A DNA stretch of 64,000 bases from the NCBI RefSeq assembly GCF_006345805.1, contig NC_043002.1:104904001-104968000 (forward strand). The letters run 5' to 3'. The stretch is from Octopus sinensis. Taxonomy: Eukaryota. This document shows positions 52,603-64,000 of the stretch, piece by piece. How positions within the stretch are numbered: the first letter of the stretch is position 1; each line of letters starts with the position of its first letter. Under the pieces are notes generated by a model. That model had not been told where the DNA came from. It was given only the letters and a program-made list of their open reading frames with translations, and ran no database searches. A program made the position numbers and the translations under genes.

Positions 52603-53717
52603 TACGTTGAGGATGTTGGTGATTCATTTACCAAGTTTATATGGAAATTGTCATACATACATATGATGATAAACGAAAGTCAGTTTGATTAAGACACGTT
52701 CAAAACACTACCCATCAAAATTGTGTACATATTTATGTTCATATACACACATATATGTATGTATGTATGTGTGCGTGTTTGTGTGTGTGTGAGTGTGTGG
52801 TGTGTAAGCATGAGAGAAAATATTGGGAACAGGTTGTAAATGCGTCAAAATTTCTTCTTTATATTCATATAAATATATTTTGCATAATTACAAGTTTTAC
52901 TTTTTAATGTATGTGGAAAGTAGTTTTATTCTATGCATGGAAAATAACAATACAGAGATAAAATTTTCACTGTATAAATGTTTTCGTATTAAATCTGAAC
53001 TGAAAATATACTGGTCTTCGTATCCTCCCGGTGGCTTTGGGTTAAACAACATGTAGAAACTTATATGACAGAAGTGAAAAGGTTGAAAAGGAGCAACGAA
53101 AAATGGAGTCACATGTGGATTCGAGTCTTTTGAATTGAAAATAAATTCTGTGTGTAAAATTTTGAGTTTTGCAGCTAAAATGTTTTATTTTGTGTGTAGT
53201 ATAGGAAAAAAGCAATACATAACAAACCTGGATCCGGTTTCTTTGATATCAGCTTATTTCAAAGATTTCTGTATTTGATAGCATGTACGGATTAATGAAT
53301 AAGTTGGCATGTAGCGTATGATATTCCCGAAACAAAGGGCGTAAATCTGGTTTGTGTTTATCCGTTTCTTGTGATATAAATACGTATGTGTATCTACGTA
53401 TGAATATACATCTGTCTGTCTCTGTATATATATATATATCAATTTGTGGTGTATACAGGTTTACATATAGTCGCTCACATACACATACATATTATGCATA
53501 TATTATATATATACACACATACATACATACACATATATATAGTATATATATATATATATCATATATATATATATTATATATATATATATGTATGTGTGTG
53601 TGTAGCTTGTGTTTGTGTGTATGTGTGTTGTGTGTGTTGTGTGTGTGTTTGGTGTGTGTGTATAGAAATATTAATATTTCTAAGTCTCTCTAAAGGAGAC
53701 TACGCCAGCGTACTGGA

Positions 53718-53928
53718 TATTAATAGTTATCGCCAAGCTAACATGGCAGCCTGTAGATGCCAAACCATCAAAGGGAAGTAGCAGACCAACCCTTTTCGAA
53801 GGTTATAATGGACACAGGTTTGTGTGGCACGTAGCTAGCTATAGAAGGTGGCCTCTTGGAGCTAATCAACGGCAGCATTCGTCCTATTTTTCTGGACTGC
53901 CATGTTAGCTTGGTGATAACTATTAATA
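53718..53928. mobile_element. MITE-like element with 32-bp terminal inverted repeats
   Basis: TATTAATAGTTATCGCCAAGCTAACATGGCAG (53718-53749) and CTGCCATGTTAGCTTGGTGATAACTATTAATA (53897-53928), one mismatch. Confidence 0.65.
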
Positions 53929-53977
53929 CGTGTATATATATATATTTATTTATTTTTACACACACACACACACAAAT

Positions 53978-54265
53978 GGCCGACCAATGCCTTGTGAGTG
54001 GATTTGGTGGATGGAAACTGAAAGAAGCCCGTCGTATATATATATATGTGTGTGTGTGTGTATGTCTGTGTTTGTCCCCCTAGCATTGCTTGACAACCGA
54101 TGGTGGTGTGTTTACGTCCCCGTCACTTAGCGGTTCGGCAAAAGAGGCCGATAGAATAAGTACTGGGCTTACAAAGAATAAGTCCCGGGGTCGATTTGCT
54201 CGACTAAAGGCGTGTGCTCCAGCATGGCTGCAGTCAAATGACTGAAAACAAGTAAAAGAAAAGAA
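53978..54265 (+). mobile_element. 5'-truncated SINE family B
   Basis: GCCTTGTGAGTGGATTTGGTGGATGGAAACTGAAAGAAGCCCGTCG...CAAGTAAAAGA. Confidence 0.85.
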
Positions 54266-54280
54266 TCAAAGCATAAATAT

Positions 54281-54352
<72 letters not shown>

Positions 54353-54372
54353 TATATAATATTATACATATA

Positions 54373-54419
<47 letters not shown>

Positions 54420-55498
54420 ATATACCCATAGGATATGTTATATAAGTATTATGATGCAGCCATATCATCCTGATATGAAGAATTTCCAGAGACTACAAAA
54501 GACAGAACATGAAACACTACAATCATATTGCATTGCATTTCAGATAGAAGTGAATAAATTTTATTTTCTAACTGTTACCTGTTTCGGTAACTGAACGTTG
54601 GGCGCGCTTAAACTTCATTTTCAGGGACTTCCGGAGGATTCTCGATTCTAGTAACTATATTTCATTTTTAAACTTTTAAATCTGTTTATAATGGTTTTAG
54701 CTATAAAAGTATAAAGGTATTAGAATTTTTTAGAATATGATTGGAATTGCATTTGGATATGGGTCAAATTGCTTCTAATGTTATCAGTAGATTCGATTTC
54801 ATGCGAACTATAACAAATAAATAGGAAATGAATAATGTAAATATTGATTGAAGTAGATAGAGTAATTAATGATAAAACAAAGTATAGTAAATGACCAGGC
54901 TAAGTAAAGAAATCTGTGGAAGTAAGTTTATAGATTTTAGTTTAACTAGTATTTATTTTTAATATGTATTACAAGAGAGGTAAAGGGTTGAGCTAGGAAC
55001 TAAGAGAGAAGAATGAAGAAATTAAAAATAGAATAAGGTCAATTAAATTAAATTAAATTAAATTTAGTAAGCTTATACTATATCTGAGCTACATATATGT
55101 GTGAATAATATATTGAATAGCTATAAATAGTTGTTTTACTGCATTTAGATTTATGGAAATCTTTAAAAGTCCTGGAGAGTCTATTATGAACACAAGAGAA
55201 GAACGTGTCATGTTAGAATGTGAACACAGCATATAAGGAAGCGTGATTTTATTCCGTATTTTGAAGAGCGGTCGACCCGGCCCGTGTACTGATGCAGAGA
55301 ATTAAATACTATGCGACATACTGATTTCAAATGTTGGCACAAAGGGATGTGTAAGTCGATTACATCGACCCCAGTGTTCAAATGGCAGTTCTTTTATAGA
55401 ACCCAAAACGATGAAAAAATATCTGATTTTGGCGGAATTTGAACTACGATACTATAGATTAGATAATATACAGTTTTATTGTATATGTATGTTTATGT

Positions 55499-55703
55499 AT
55501 TTATTGCCCACAAGAGGTTAAACATAGAAGGGACAAACAAGATCAAGCAAAGGGATTAAGTCAATTACAAAGACCCCAGTGCATAACTGGTACTTATTTA
55601 ATCGACCCCGCGAGGATGAAAGGCAAAGTTGACATCGGCGTAATTTGAAGTCAGAACGTAGTATTTCGCCCCGCGTGCTAACTTTTCTGCCAGCTCGCCG
55701 CCT
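55499..55703 (-). mobile_element. SINE family A (an older fragment also lies at ~55330-55447)
   Basis: Ends CTGCCAGCTCGCCGCCT and begins TTATTGCCCACAAGAGG, with an internal deletion. Confidence 0.85.
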
Positions 55704-56531
55704 TATTATATATTTATCGCCTACATATGACATGGTGGGGTCATGGCTGGAATGCCTGTGTCCTGAGGTTAAGTAAAGAACATGCAACTGATACACTATA
55801 CGCCACACAAAGCTGAAATACAAAGATAACATCGGCTACATTCGAACGTGACGCGTAAACGTCTGCAAAAATCTAAATATCAAAAGCCCGATTTCTGTTG
55901 TTTAGAATCTGCTAATCCAGAAAATATTGGAATAAACTAACACAAAGAATGTACCTTCGGTGGCATGGCAATTATATTTATAAAGACCACATGAAATTAG
56001 CTGTTCACGCAAATAATTAAATATTTATTTTCTAAATATTAAATCCATAACGTTTAAATTAGGTGACGAAATGGCGGCTACATGTTTGCGCGAATACATT
56101 TGATGTGTGTGTTTGTGTGTTTGTATTTCCTATGTGTAGGTGTAATAAGTGTATGCGTATCAATAATTGGTGTATGTATATTGATGTGTGCGTGTAATTT
56201 TATACATGTATGTGTAAATCCCTAGCATTTAGTGTGTGCTATATTTAAATTCAAACTTTCGCCAAATCACAAGGAAATATTTCAATAATTAAAATTATTG
56301 GAAATTAGACACACGAAGCTAATTAGTCGGGAGTAAACACACAGGCACACATAGTAACACTCTTATTCACGGTGAAAGGAAGACGCATTCATACAGTTAC
56401 CAACACACACCAACACATGTTTTCACATACATCCTACACGTATTGTTTTGCTATGTGTGTTTAATGTATATTATCTCCTTTTTAATCTCTCAAAATGTCA
56501 ATATTTATGTAGACACACACACACACATATG

Positions 56532-56583
<52 letters not shown>

Positions 56584-56636
56584 CATATATATGTGCATGC
56601 ATACATACATACATACATATATACACACACAATATA

Positions 56637-56669
<33 letters not shown>

Positions 56670-58039
56670 GCATGTATGTATATGTGTATGTATGCATAGA
56701 GACACTCATATTAAAATATTTATACAGATGTAATAATATAAATATGTATATAATATATGTATATATATATATATATATGTGTGGTTGTATAATATATATA
56801 TATATGATATATATATAATATATTATATATAATATATATATATATTATATATATGTATGTATATTATGTGTGTGTGCGTGTGTATGTACGTATGTATATG
56901 CGTGTATATGTATGTATATATATATATTGACATTTTGAAAGCTTAAAAATGTCCTTAAAATACATAAAAGAAGATGCGAAACAAAAGAATGAATAATGTA
57001 TTTAAATGGTAATTGTTATTTTTGTTGTTTTTATTCCAACTCGACGCCGAGTTAAAGCTGTGGAGTTTCGACATTGAGATAGAGTTTTATCAAAGAATTG
57101 CAGCCGACACTACATCAATGATGGAATTATGACAGACTTCAATACAATTGTTTGATGATTTGTTTGTCAATCTTAATCAAACATGAATATTATTTTATCA
57201 AAGTGTGCAGTCAATACAGATATTGCTGGAACTTTACAAACAAAATATAAAATATCAAGACAAAAAAAAAAGGAAAAACAGTGAAATAAACAATTCGATA
57301 TTTCAGAAATCTAATATATTTATTTTTGCTTTTGGTGCTAATGCTTTCGTTAGCATTTTGGCCATTAATATGATTGTTTCTGCAGTCTTATTTAGATTGC
57401 GTGCTTTTACAGGAAAACCTAACGGTATTCCCTGCGCCTTACGTACGCGAAATATTCATCCCTTTTTGTTTTGTCTGTTTGTTTGTATAAGTTTTTTGTT
57501 TCTTTTTGTGTGTTTTTTGTTTTCTATTATCTGCACTCTACTCTCCACAATATGTGCTGTGCCTCGCTGCATTACGTATATGATGTGTATATGCAGAAAT
57601 CCAATGTTTATAGTTAGGTTTTTGTCTATATCACGCTGTCGGAATATTTATGAACATATCATTATAATGCAGGGAGCGTATGTTACCAAACCATATACTT
57701 TGTTTTTAGATTATGTATTTGGTTAATTTCTAACCTGTTTTATATAGGGATATATTGCAACACTTTTTTTCTAAAAATAAATACATTCGGAGACAATAAT
57801 ATAAAGAAGAACAGCATTCATCCCCCACTTTAAATGAATTGGTGTTATATTAGCTGAATACCGATTGAGATATAGATATCATGCTATAAGTTGGCCCTCG
57901 TTATCTTACTGTTTTAGTATTTCTTTCCTAATGCTTGCATATTTTCTGTCGAATGAAATACCCTTAATTTTGTCACAGATACACATGCACAGACACGTAA
58001 ACACGTAGAGGCATACATATATATATGTACACACAAATA

Positions 58040-58446
<407 letters not shown>

Positions 58447-60472
58447 GTTTCTTTATTAGCCACACAGGGCTGCACACAGATAGAACAAATTACAAGGTAG
58501 AGCTTTTCTTTTGAAGGTTTAAAAAAATAAAAATAAAAAAAAAAATTTTTTTTTTAAAAATAAATTAATAAATAAATAAATAAAAAAATAAGAAAAAAAT
58601 AAAATAAAATAAAAATAAAATAAAAAAGGGGGGTCGATCAAAAGGGATCGTAAAAGGGAGAAAGAGGACAAAAAAAAAGGGGGGGTTAAAAAAAAAGGGG
58701 GAGGAAAAAAAATTGATCAATAGGGATCGTTATCACAGAAATGTCAATATGAAGTGTAAGGGGGGGACGGTGAGGTTTACCCGTGGAAAGAAAAGCCTAC
58801 GGAAAAGACCACGGTAACCTCGTCAATGAAGTCACATGTTAGATTTCTTTTTTTCTTTTTTTTTGCAAATAAGCAACTCTCTGTATTACTTTTTTACGGT
58901 TCATAGAATCATAGTCAAAGTGGCTTCGTCATTCATACGTGCCATCCTTGCTACATTCACCCATCTTTTTTTAAAACATTCACTAGACAAACTTGCCTCT
59001 CTACTCTCACTTTTTTTCTTCAAGTGATACTTGAAGAAGTTGATGAGAGATTGACCAGAGAAAAGTGTTTGTCTCTAATCCTAATCCTTCAGACCGTCCA
59101 CCAGATACATTCTTTCGCCATAGCCACAAGTATGATAAAAATAGCTCTTTTCCTTCCCGTTTGAAGGAAGGAGGCGTGACGATATTAACGATAGACTCGG
59201 CTGATAAACCGACACGTCCCACACGTGACAGCAGTCGTTCGACATAAGCCCACAGGTGGGAAATTGCTGGACACTGCACGATTGCGTGCAGAGCGGTTTC
59301 GTCGCTCTGCCCGCATCTCGGGCAGGTCGGCCCCGTGTTTCTCGAGCCATGCCTATAGAGCTTATCCCGAACGGGTAGCGCTTCTCGGTAGCACCGCCAG
59401 GCAGGGATCTCTGGAAGTTGTCCATAGGTCCCGGGCCGAAAGTCGTTTGAAACAGGCGGGTCAGGTATTCCTCGTCGACGCCCAGGTTTGCCCCGAGCTC
59501 GTCGTCGTACCTCCCCTCCACTAATCCCCTATAGAATGCTTTGGTTGTGTTGAAGTCACTCAAGGTCGACCCGGACGGCAGAGTTGCTTGAGAGCAACGC
59601 GACACACTCGCGGTGCCATTCGCCCTTCTTCGGCCTCTTTTTGATCCACGACTGTAGTTCGGTCATGGGAACGAGTTGCGGGATGCGTGCCTCACAAACG
59701 GCGACCACACCTGTTCACCGTCGTCTACATAGAGCGGAGATGTCGCAGTCTCAGCGCGTGTCTGCGCATCATCAACCACGGCATGCCCAGCCCTCCTTTT
59801 AACGGGTGTTGACAGCAATGGATCGCCTGACCATCGGGACGCATCCTTTCCACAAGAAGCGGAAGAGATGCGTTCTAGTTTGTGATGGTAGGGTCGGGAC
59901 AAGGTACGACGGTCAAGCGGTAGTAGATGATGGACGCGATGTACGCGTTCACCACCTCCGCCCGACCTTTTAGGGGACAGTTTCCTCTCGGCCCTTGCTG
60001 GGCGAGAGTGACCACCCTACTCGTTATCTCGTTCCAGTTCTTCTCCATTTGGAGGTCCGGACCGAACCAGACCCCGAGCAACTCAACACCGGGCCGTCTG
60101 TCCAGCGTCCCACGACGGAGGTACTGGTGGACGGCATGGGTTTGCTTCTCCAGGTGCCGAGCCGCAAGCCCCACTGATTTTCCCCTCCCGGTTGATTTTT
60201 GCTCCTGTCACCGCTTCGTAGTCTTTCAGTGTCTCGCCGACCCGCTCGATGTGCTCGTTGGCTTGACACTATGACGGTGACGTCGGTCCGCGTATGCAGA
60301 CACACGCTCGTCCCGCATCCTAATTCTCGCGGGATGCCCCTCAGAGTCGCCAGCTTCCGCAGTAGTGGCTCAAGAGTCAATACGTTCTAGAAGCGCCGAG
60401 AGGGGCATCCCTGACGGACCGACGTGCAATGTCGAAGGGTCCTCGATAGATGTCCATTTACGCGAATTACCG
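58447..60472 (-). mobile_element. 5'-truncated Tx1/L1-clade LINE (copy 1) embedded in (GATA)n
   Basis: Minus strand gives SVRQGCPLSALL, LEPLLRKL, frameshifted (A)YAD(D)VTVIV, LLGVWFGPDLQMEKNW, LKGRAEVVNAYIASIIYYRL and CPRCGQSDET..HAIVQC zinc finger. The 3' end is GGCTAATAAAGAAA, with GATA repeats on both sides. Confidence 0.9.
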
Positions 60473-60539
60473 AGATAGATAGATAGATAAGACAGATAGA
60501 TAGATAACTTTCTTTATTGGCCACATAGGGCTGGACATG

Positions 60540-61800
60540 TTTCTTTATTAGCCACACGGGGTGAACACTGAGCGGATAAAATATAAAGTAGTGCTTTTCT
60601 TTATGGGGGGGAACAAAAGGGTGGGGTAGCTTTTCGATTAAAAGGGATCATGTAGAAAAAAAGGGGGCTGATCAATAGGGATCGTATATCACAGAAATGT
60701 TATAACGTAAAAAGGGAAAACAGATTAGGTTTATCCATGGAAAAAAAAGCCTACGGAAAAGACCACGGTAACTTTGGGGAATAATATCATGCAAAAAAAC
60801 AAATTACAGTGACTGTCTTTTTTCCTTTCTTTTTGGGGTTCATAGGATTCTGCTCAAGCTGGCATTCACACGTGCTATCCTTGCTACATTCACCCATCTT
60901 TTTTTAACATTCACTAGACAAAACTTCCCTCTCTACTCTCACCTTCCTCTTCAAGTGATACGTGATCAAGTTGATGGGAGCTTCACCAGAGAGGAAAGTG
61001 TTTTTTTTTTCTAGACCTTTCAGACGCGTCCACCATACACATTCTTTTGCCATAGCGACAAGTACGATGAAAATGGCTCTTCCTTCCCGTTTCAATGAAG
61101 GAGGCGCGACAATATTCACGTTAGACTCGGTTGATAAACCGACACGTCCCACACGCGATAGCAGTCGTTCGACATAGGCCCACATGCTGGAAATGGTTGG
61201 AAACTATACAAGTGCATGTAGAAATGTTTCGTCATTCTGACCGCATCTCGGACAGGTCGGCCCCGTGTTTCTCGAGACATGCCTGTAGAGCCCATCCCGA
61301 ACGGGTAGCGCTCCTCGGTAACAGTACAAGGCCAGGGATCTCTGGAAGTTGTCCATATGTCCCGGGCCGAAAGTCGTTTTTAACAGGCGGCTCAGGTATT
61401 CCTCCTCGACGCCCAGGTTCGCCTCGAGATCGTCGTCGAACCTCGCATGCACCAATCCCCTATAGAATCCTGTGGTTGTGTTGAAGACGCTGAAGGTCAA
61501 CATGGGACGCTATAGTTGCTGGAGAGCAACACGACACTCGCAGTGCTATTCTCCCTTCCTCAACCTCTTTTTGATCCACGATTGCAGTTCGGTCATGGAG
61601 ACCAGCTGCGAGAAAGCGCGCCTTACAAACGGTGACCATACCTGTTCACTGTCGTCTATGTTGAGTCAGAGATATCGCAGTCTCAGCGCGTGCCTGCGCA
61701 TCATCAACCACGGCATGCCCAGCCCTCCTTTTAACGGGTATTTGCAGCAAACGGACCGCGTGACCATCGGAACGCATCCTTTCCACAAGAAGCGGAAGAG
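60540..61800 (-). mobile_element. Tx1/L1-clade LINE (copy 2, diverged), preceded by a 3'-tail fragment at 60508-60540
   Basis: Collinear with copy 1 (FYRGLV, TFGPGHMDNFQRSL, CPRCGQNDETFLHALV, WAYVERLLSRVGRV); GATA repeats flank it. Confidence 0.9.
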
Positions 61801-61811
61801 AATAGACAGAT

Positions 61812-61894
<83 letters not shown>

Positions 61895-62398
61895 TACTAG
61901 GTCACACAGGGATGAACACAGAGGGGGCAAATACAAATAAAAATGTGAAGCTCTTATTTTCGAAAATGAAAAAAAGTAAAATTCTGATCAAAAGGGATCG
62001 AGAATAAAAAAACATCAAAAAGGATCGTATATAACAGAAGAATTTTTAAAATGTAAAACTTAAGATTAGGTTTATCCGTGGAAAGAAAAGCCTACGGAAA
62101 AGACCACGATAACGTCAGGCAGGGAGGGAATAAACACATGGGAGCAAGTTGCGCTCCCTCTCTCTCTCACACTCTCTCTCTCTCTCTTTCTCTCTCTTTT
62201 ATCCATTCACAGGATCATGTTCAAAATGGTTTTGTCACTTGCACGCATCATCTTCGCTACATTCAGCCATCTTTTTTTAAACTTTCACGAGCCAAAACGT
62301 GCCTCTCCATCCTCACCTTCCTTTTCAAGTGGTACTTGAAAAAGTTGATGAGCGATTGGCCAGAGAGGTGTTTGTCTCTAATCCTTTCGCTCTAATCC
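61895..62398 (-). mobile_element. Tx1/L1-clade LINE 3' end (copy 3)
   Basis: Shares GGAAAGAAAAGCCTACGGAAAAGACCACG and the ORF end with copies 1 and 2. The 3' end abuts (GATA)n at 61802-61893. Confidence 0.85.
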
Positions 62399-62421
62399 AA
62401 ACACACAAACATACACACATT

Positions 62422-62572
62422 TTCTGTCAATTTCTGTCTACCAAATCAACTCACAAGGCTTTGTTCGGCCCGAGTCTATAGTAGAAGAGACTTGCCAAAA
62501 GTACCACGCAGTGAAACTGAACCCGGAACCATGTGGTCGGTAAGCAAGCTACTTACTACTCAGTCACTCCTG
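62422..62572 (-). mobile_element. SINE family B 5' half
   Basis: CTACCAAATCAACTCACAAGGCTTTG...GGTAAGCAAGCTACTTAC. Confidence 0.8.
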
Positions 62573-62911
62573 TATTAACCAAGGCATTATTTCAACATTA
62601 AAGTCTTATATGTTTACCTAATATTTGCAAGGTTTTACAATCCTGTTCCGATGTTTCTCTTTCGACGATGTAGTGTTTGTTTTCAAAAGTATTATGCTGT
62701 AAAAATATTCGTTATTTCTTATTCGTTATTTGTATCACAACTGTCCCGTTGCTTCATTTGGGCAATTTGGAGGATGCAGCTTAAGCTACACACGGGAGAA
62801 CATCTTTTCTTTTTCAATGCAAGACTCAAACAGGAAGACATGCACAGGATATCAGATTTAAAACACTTAAAACATGTTGACACCATATACATACTTACAC
62901 GCACACACACG

Positions 62912-62958
<47 letters not shown>

Positions 62959-62967
62959 CCTACATGT

Positions 62968-63011
<44 letters not shown>

Positions 63012-63837
63012 TTCAATACGCATGCTGGGGGCTTGCAGTCGCCAATACCAATGGCCCTTTTTAAATTGTTACTAGATAATAAGAGTCAATGATATCTTCA
63101 CAAATTATTTTATCGTAAATTATTTTCTCTCGTGAATTATTTGCTCCGTATCGAAATCATTTTCTCACTGGTGGCTGCCATGATTTCGGCGCAAAATGAA
63201 TAATTTGCAGCGCAGACTTCAGCACGACGGGTTGTGAGACTTTATCATTGGTAACGCGTGCTGAGGAAGCTAAGACTATTTTTGCCAGTACGGAAACCGG
63301 TCCACTTGAGTCCAAATACTTGAATGTACGTTGTTGGTAGATTGTCTTAGGCCGTTTGCCTTCAGACGGTTGATTTCTGTAGTTATTATCAGTGTATTTT
63401 GGCCTGTTAAGTAAGAGTGTTGACTGCTATTTCCAGCAGGTAGACATACTTAGTATGCCCTTTAATTAATTTTATACATATATATATATATATAATATAT
63501 ATATATATACATACACACACACAGCAGATATATATGCATGTCAGTTTATGGGTGTGTGCATGTTGATATATTCCGAGTGTTCTTATAAGCGTATACCCAT
63601 GCGTACAGGTACGTGATTGTTGGCTGTTCTTGAAAGAGCAGCCAAACTTGTGTGAGCGCAAATAGTCATAAAAACAAGCGAAGTTACGTTCAACAAAATA
63701 GTCATATAATAATATACGCGCCAACCAGAACTGCAAGCTCTGTTGGAATGCGCCTTTTATATATATATTCCAGCGCTAAGGATCATGACGCGCTGCAACA
63801 TGTATTCTCTATCTTCCTATCTCTCTATCTTTCTTTC

Positions 63838-63878
<41 letters not shown>

Positions 63879-64000
63879 AAATCATATGTACACGACATCA
63901 TTTATAGCTTTATACGTTTGTATACTTCCAAATATTTCCCAAAAGATATATCACTTGCCTTTTACTCTCTCAAAGTATATATATATATATATGTGTGTGT

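Noticed and set aside
54575-54627. Minus CUGAAAA...GUUACC-GAAACAGGUA motif
   Set aside because: Probably a decayed PLE-type HHR, but the core and stems are too eroded to call.
57205-57726. 173-aa hydrophobic ORF
   Set aside because: GTG start, composition driven by T-rich sequence, and no recognisable family.

Overview
AT-rich, microsatellite-saturated eukaryotic intergenic or intronic DNA. The SINE families, LINE clades and microsatellite content suggest a cephalopod (Octopus-like) genome; this is an inference. No intact host gene is supported, and nearly all listed ORFs are translations of (TA)n, (CA)n, (GATA)n or (TAT)n repeats. The window holds many decayed transposons: a full-length dead hAT with TIRs and an 8-bp TSD, a non-autonomous Helitron, MITEs, three tRNA-derived SINE families, and CR1, R4/Dong, RTE-like and Tx1/L1 LINE remnants. 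It also has a Penelope-like (PLE) reverse transcriptase pseudogene and GIY-YIG fragments. The most striking signal is a dispersed set of type I hammerhead ribozyme (HHR) motifs. Six carry CUGAUGA...GAAA with a palindromic stem III, UH and stem I, and about ten more are variant or degenerate. Most lie in several unrelated short non-coding elements that abut (TA)n tracts and have tandem and fold-back ends. Two homologous copies show compensatory covariation in all helices. This looks like a diverse family of non-autonomous PLE-derived or retrozyme-like ribozyme elements. A second notable observation is a Tx1/L1-clade LINE repeatedly inserted in (GATA)n, whose 3' tail is shared with the most abundant SINE.
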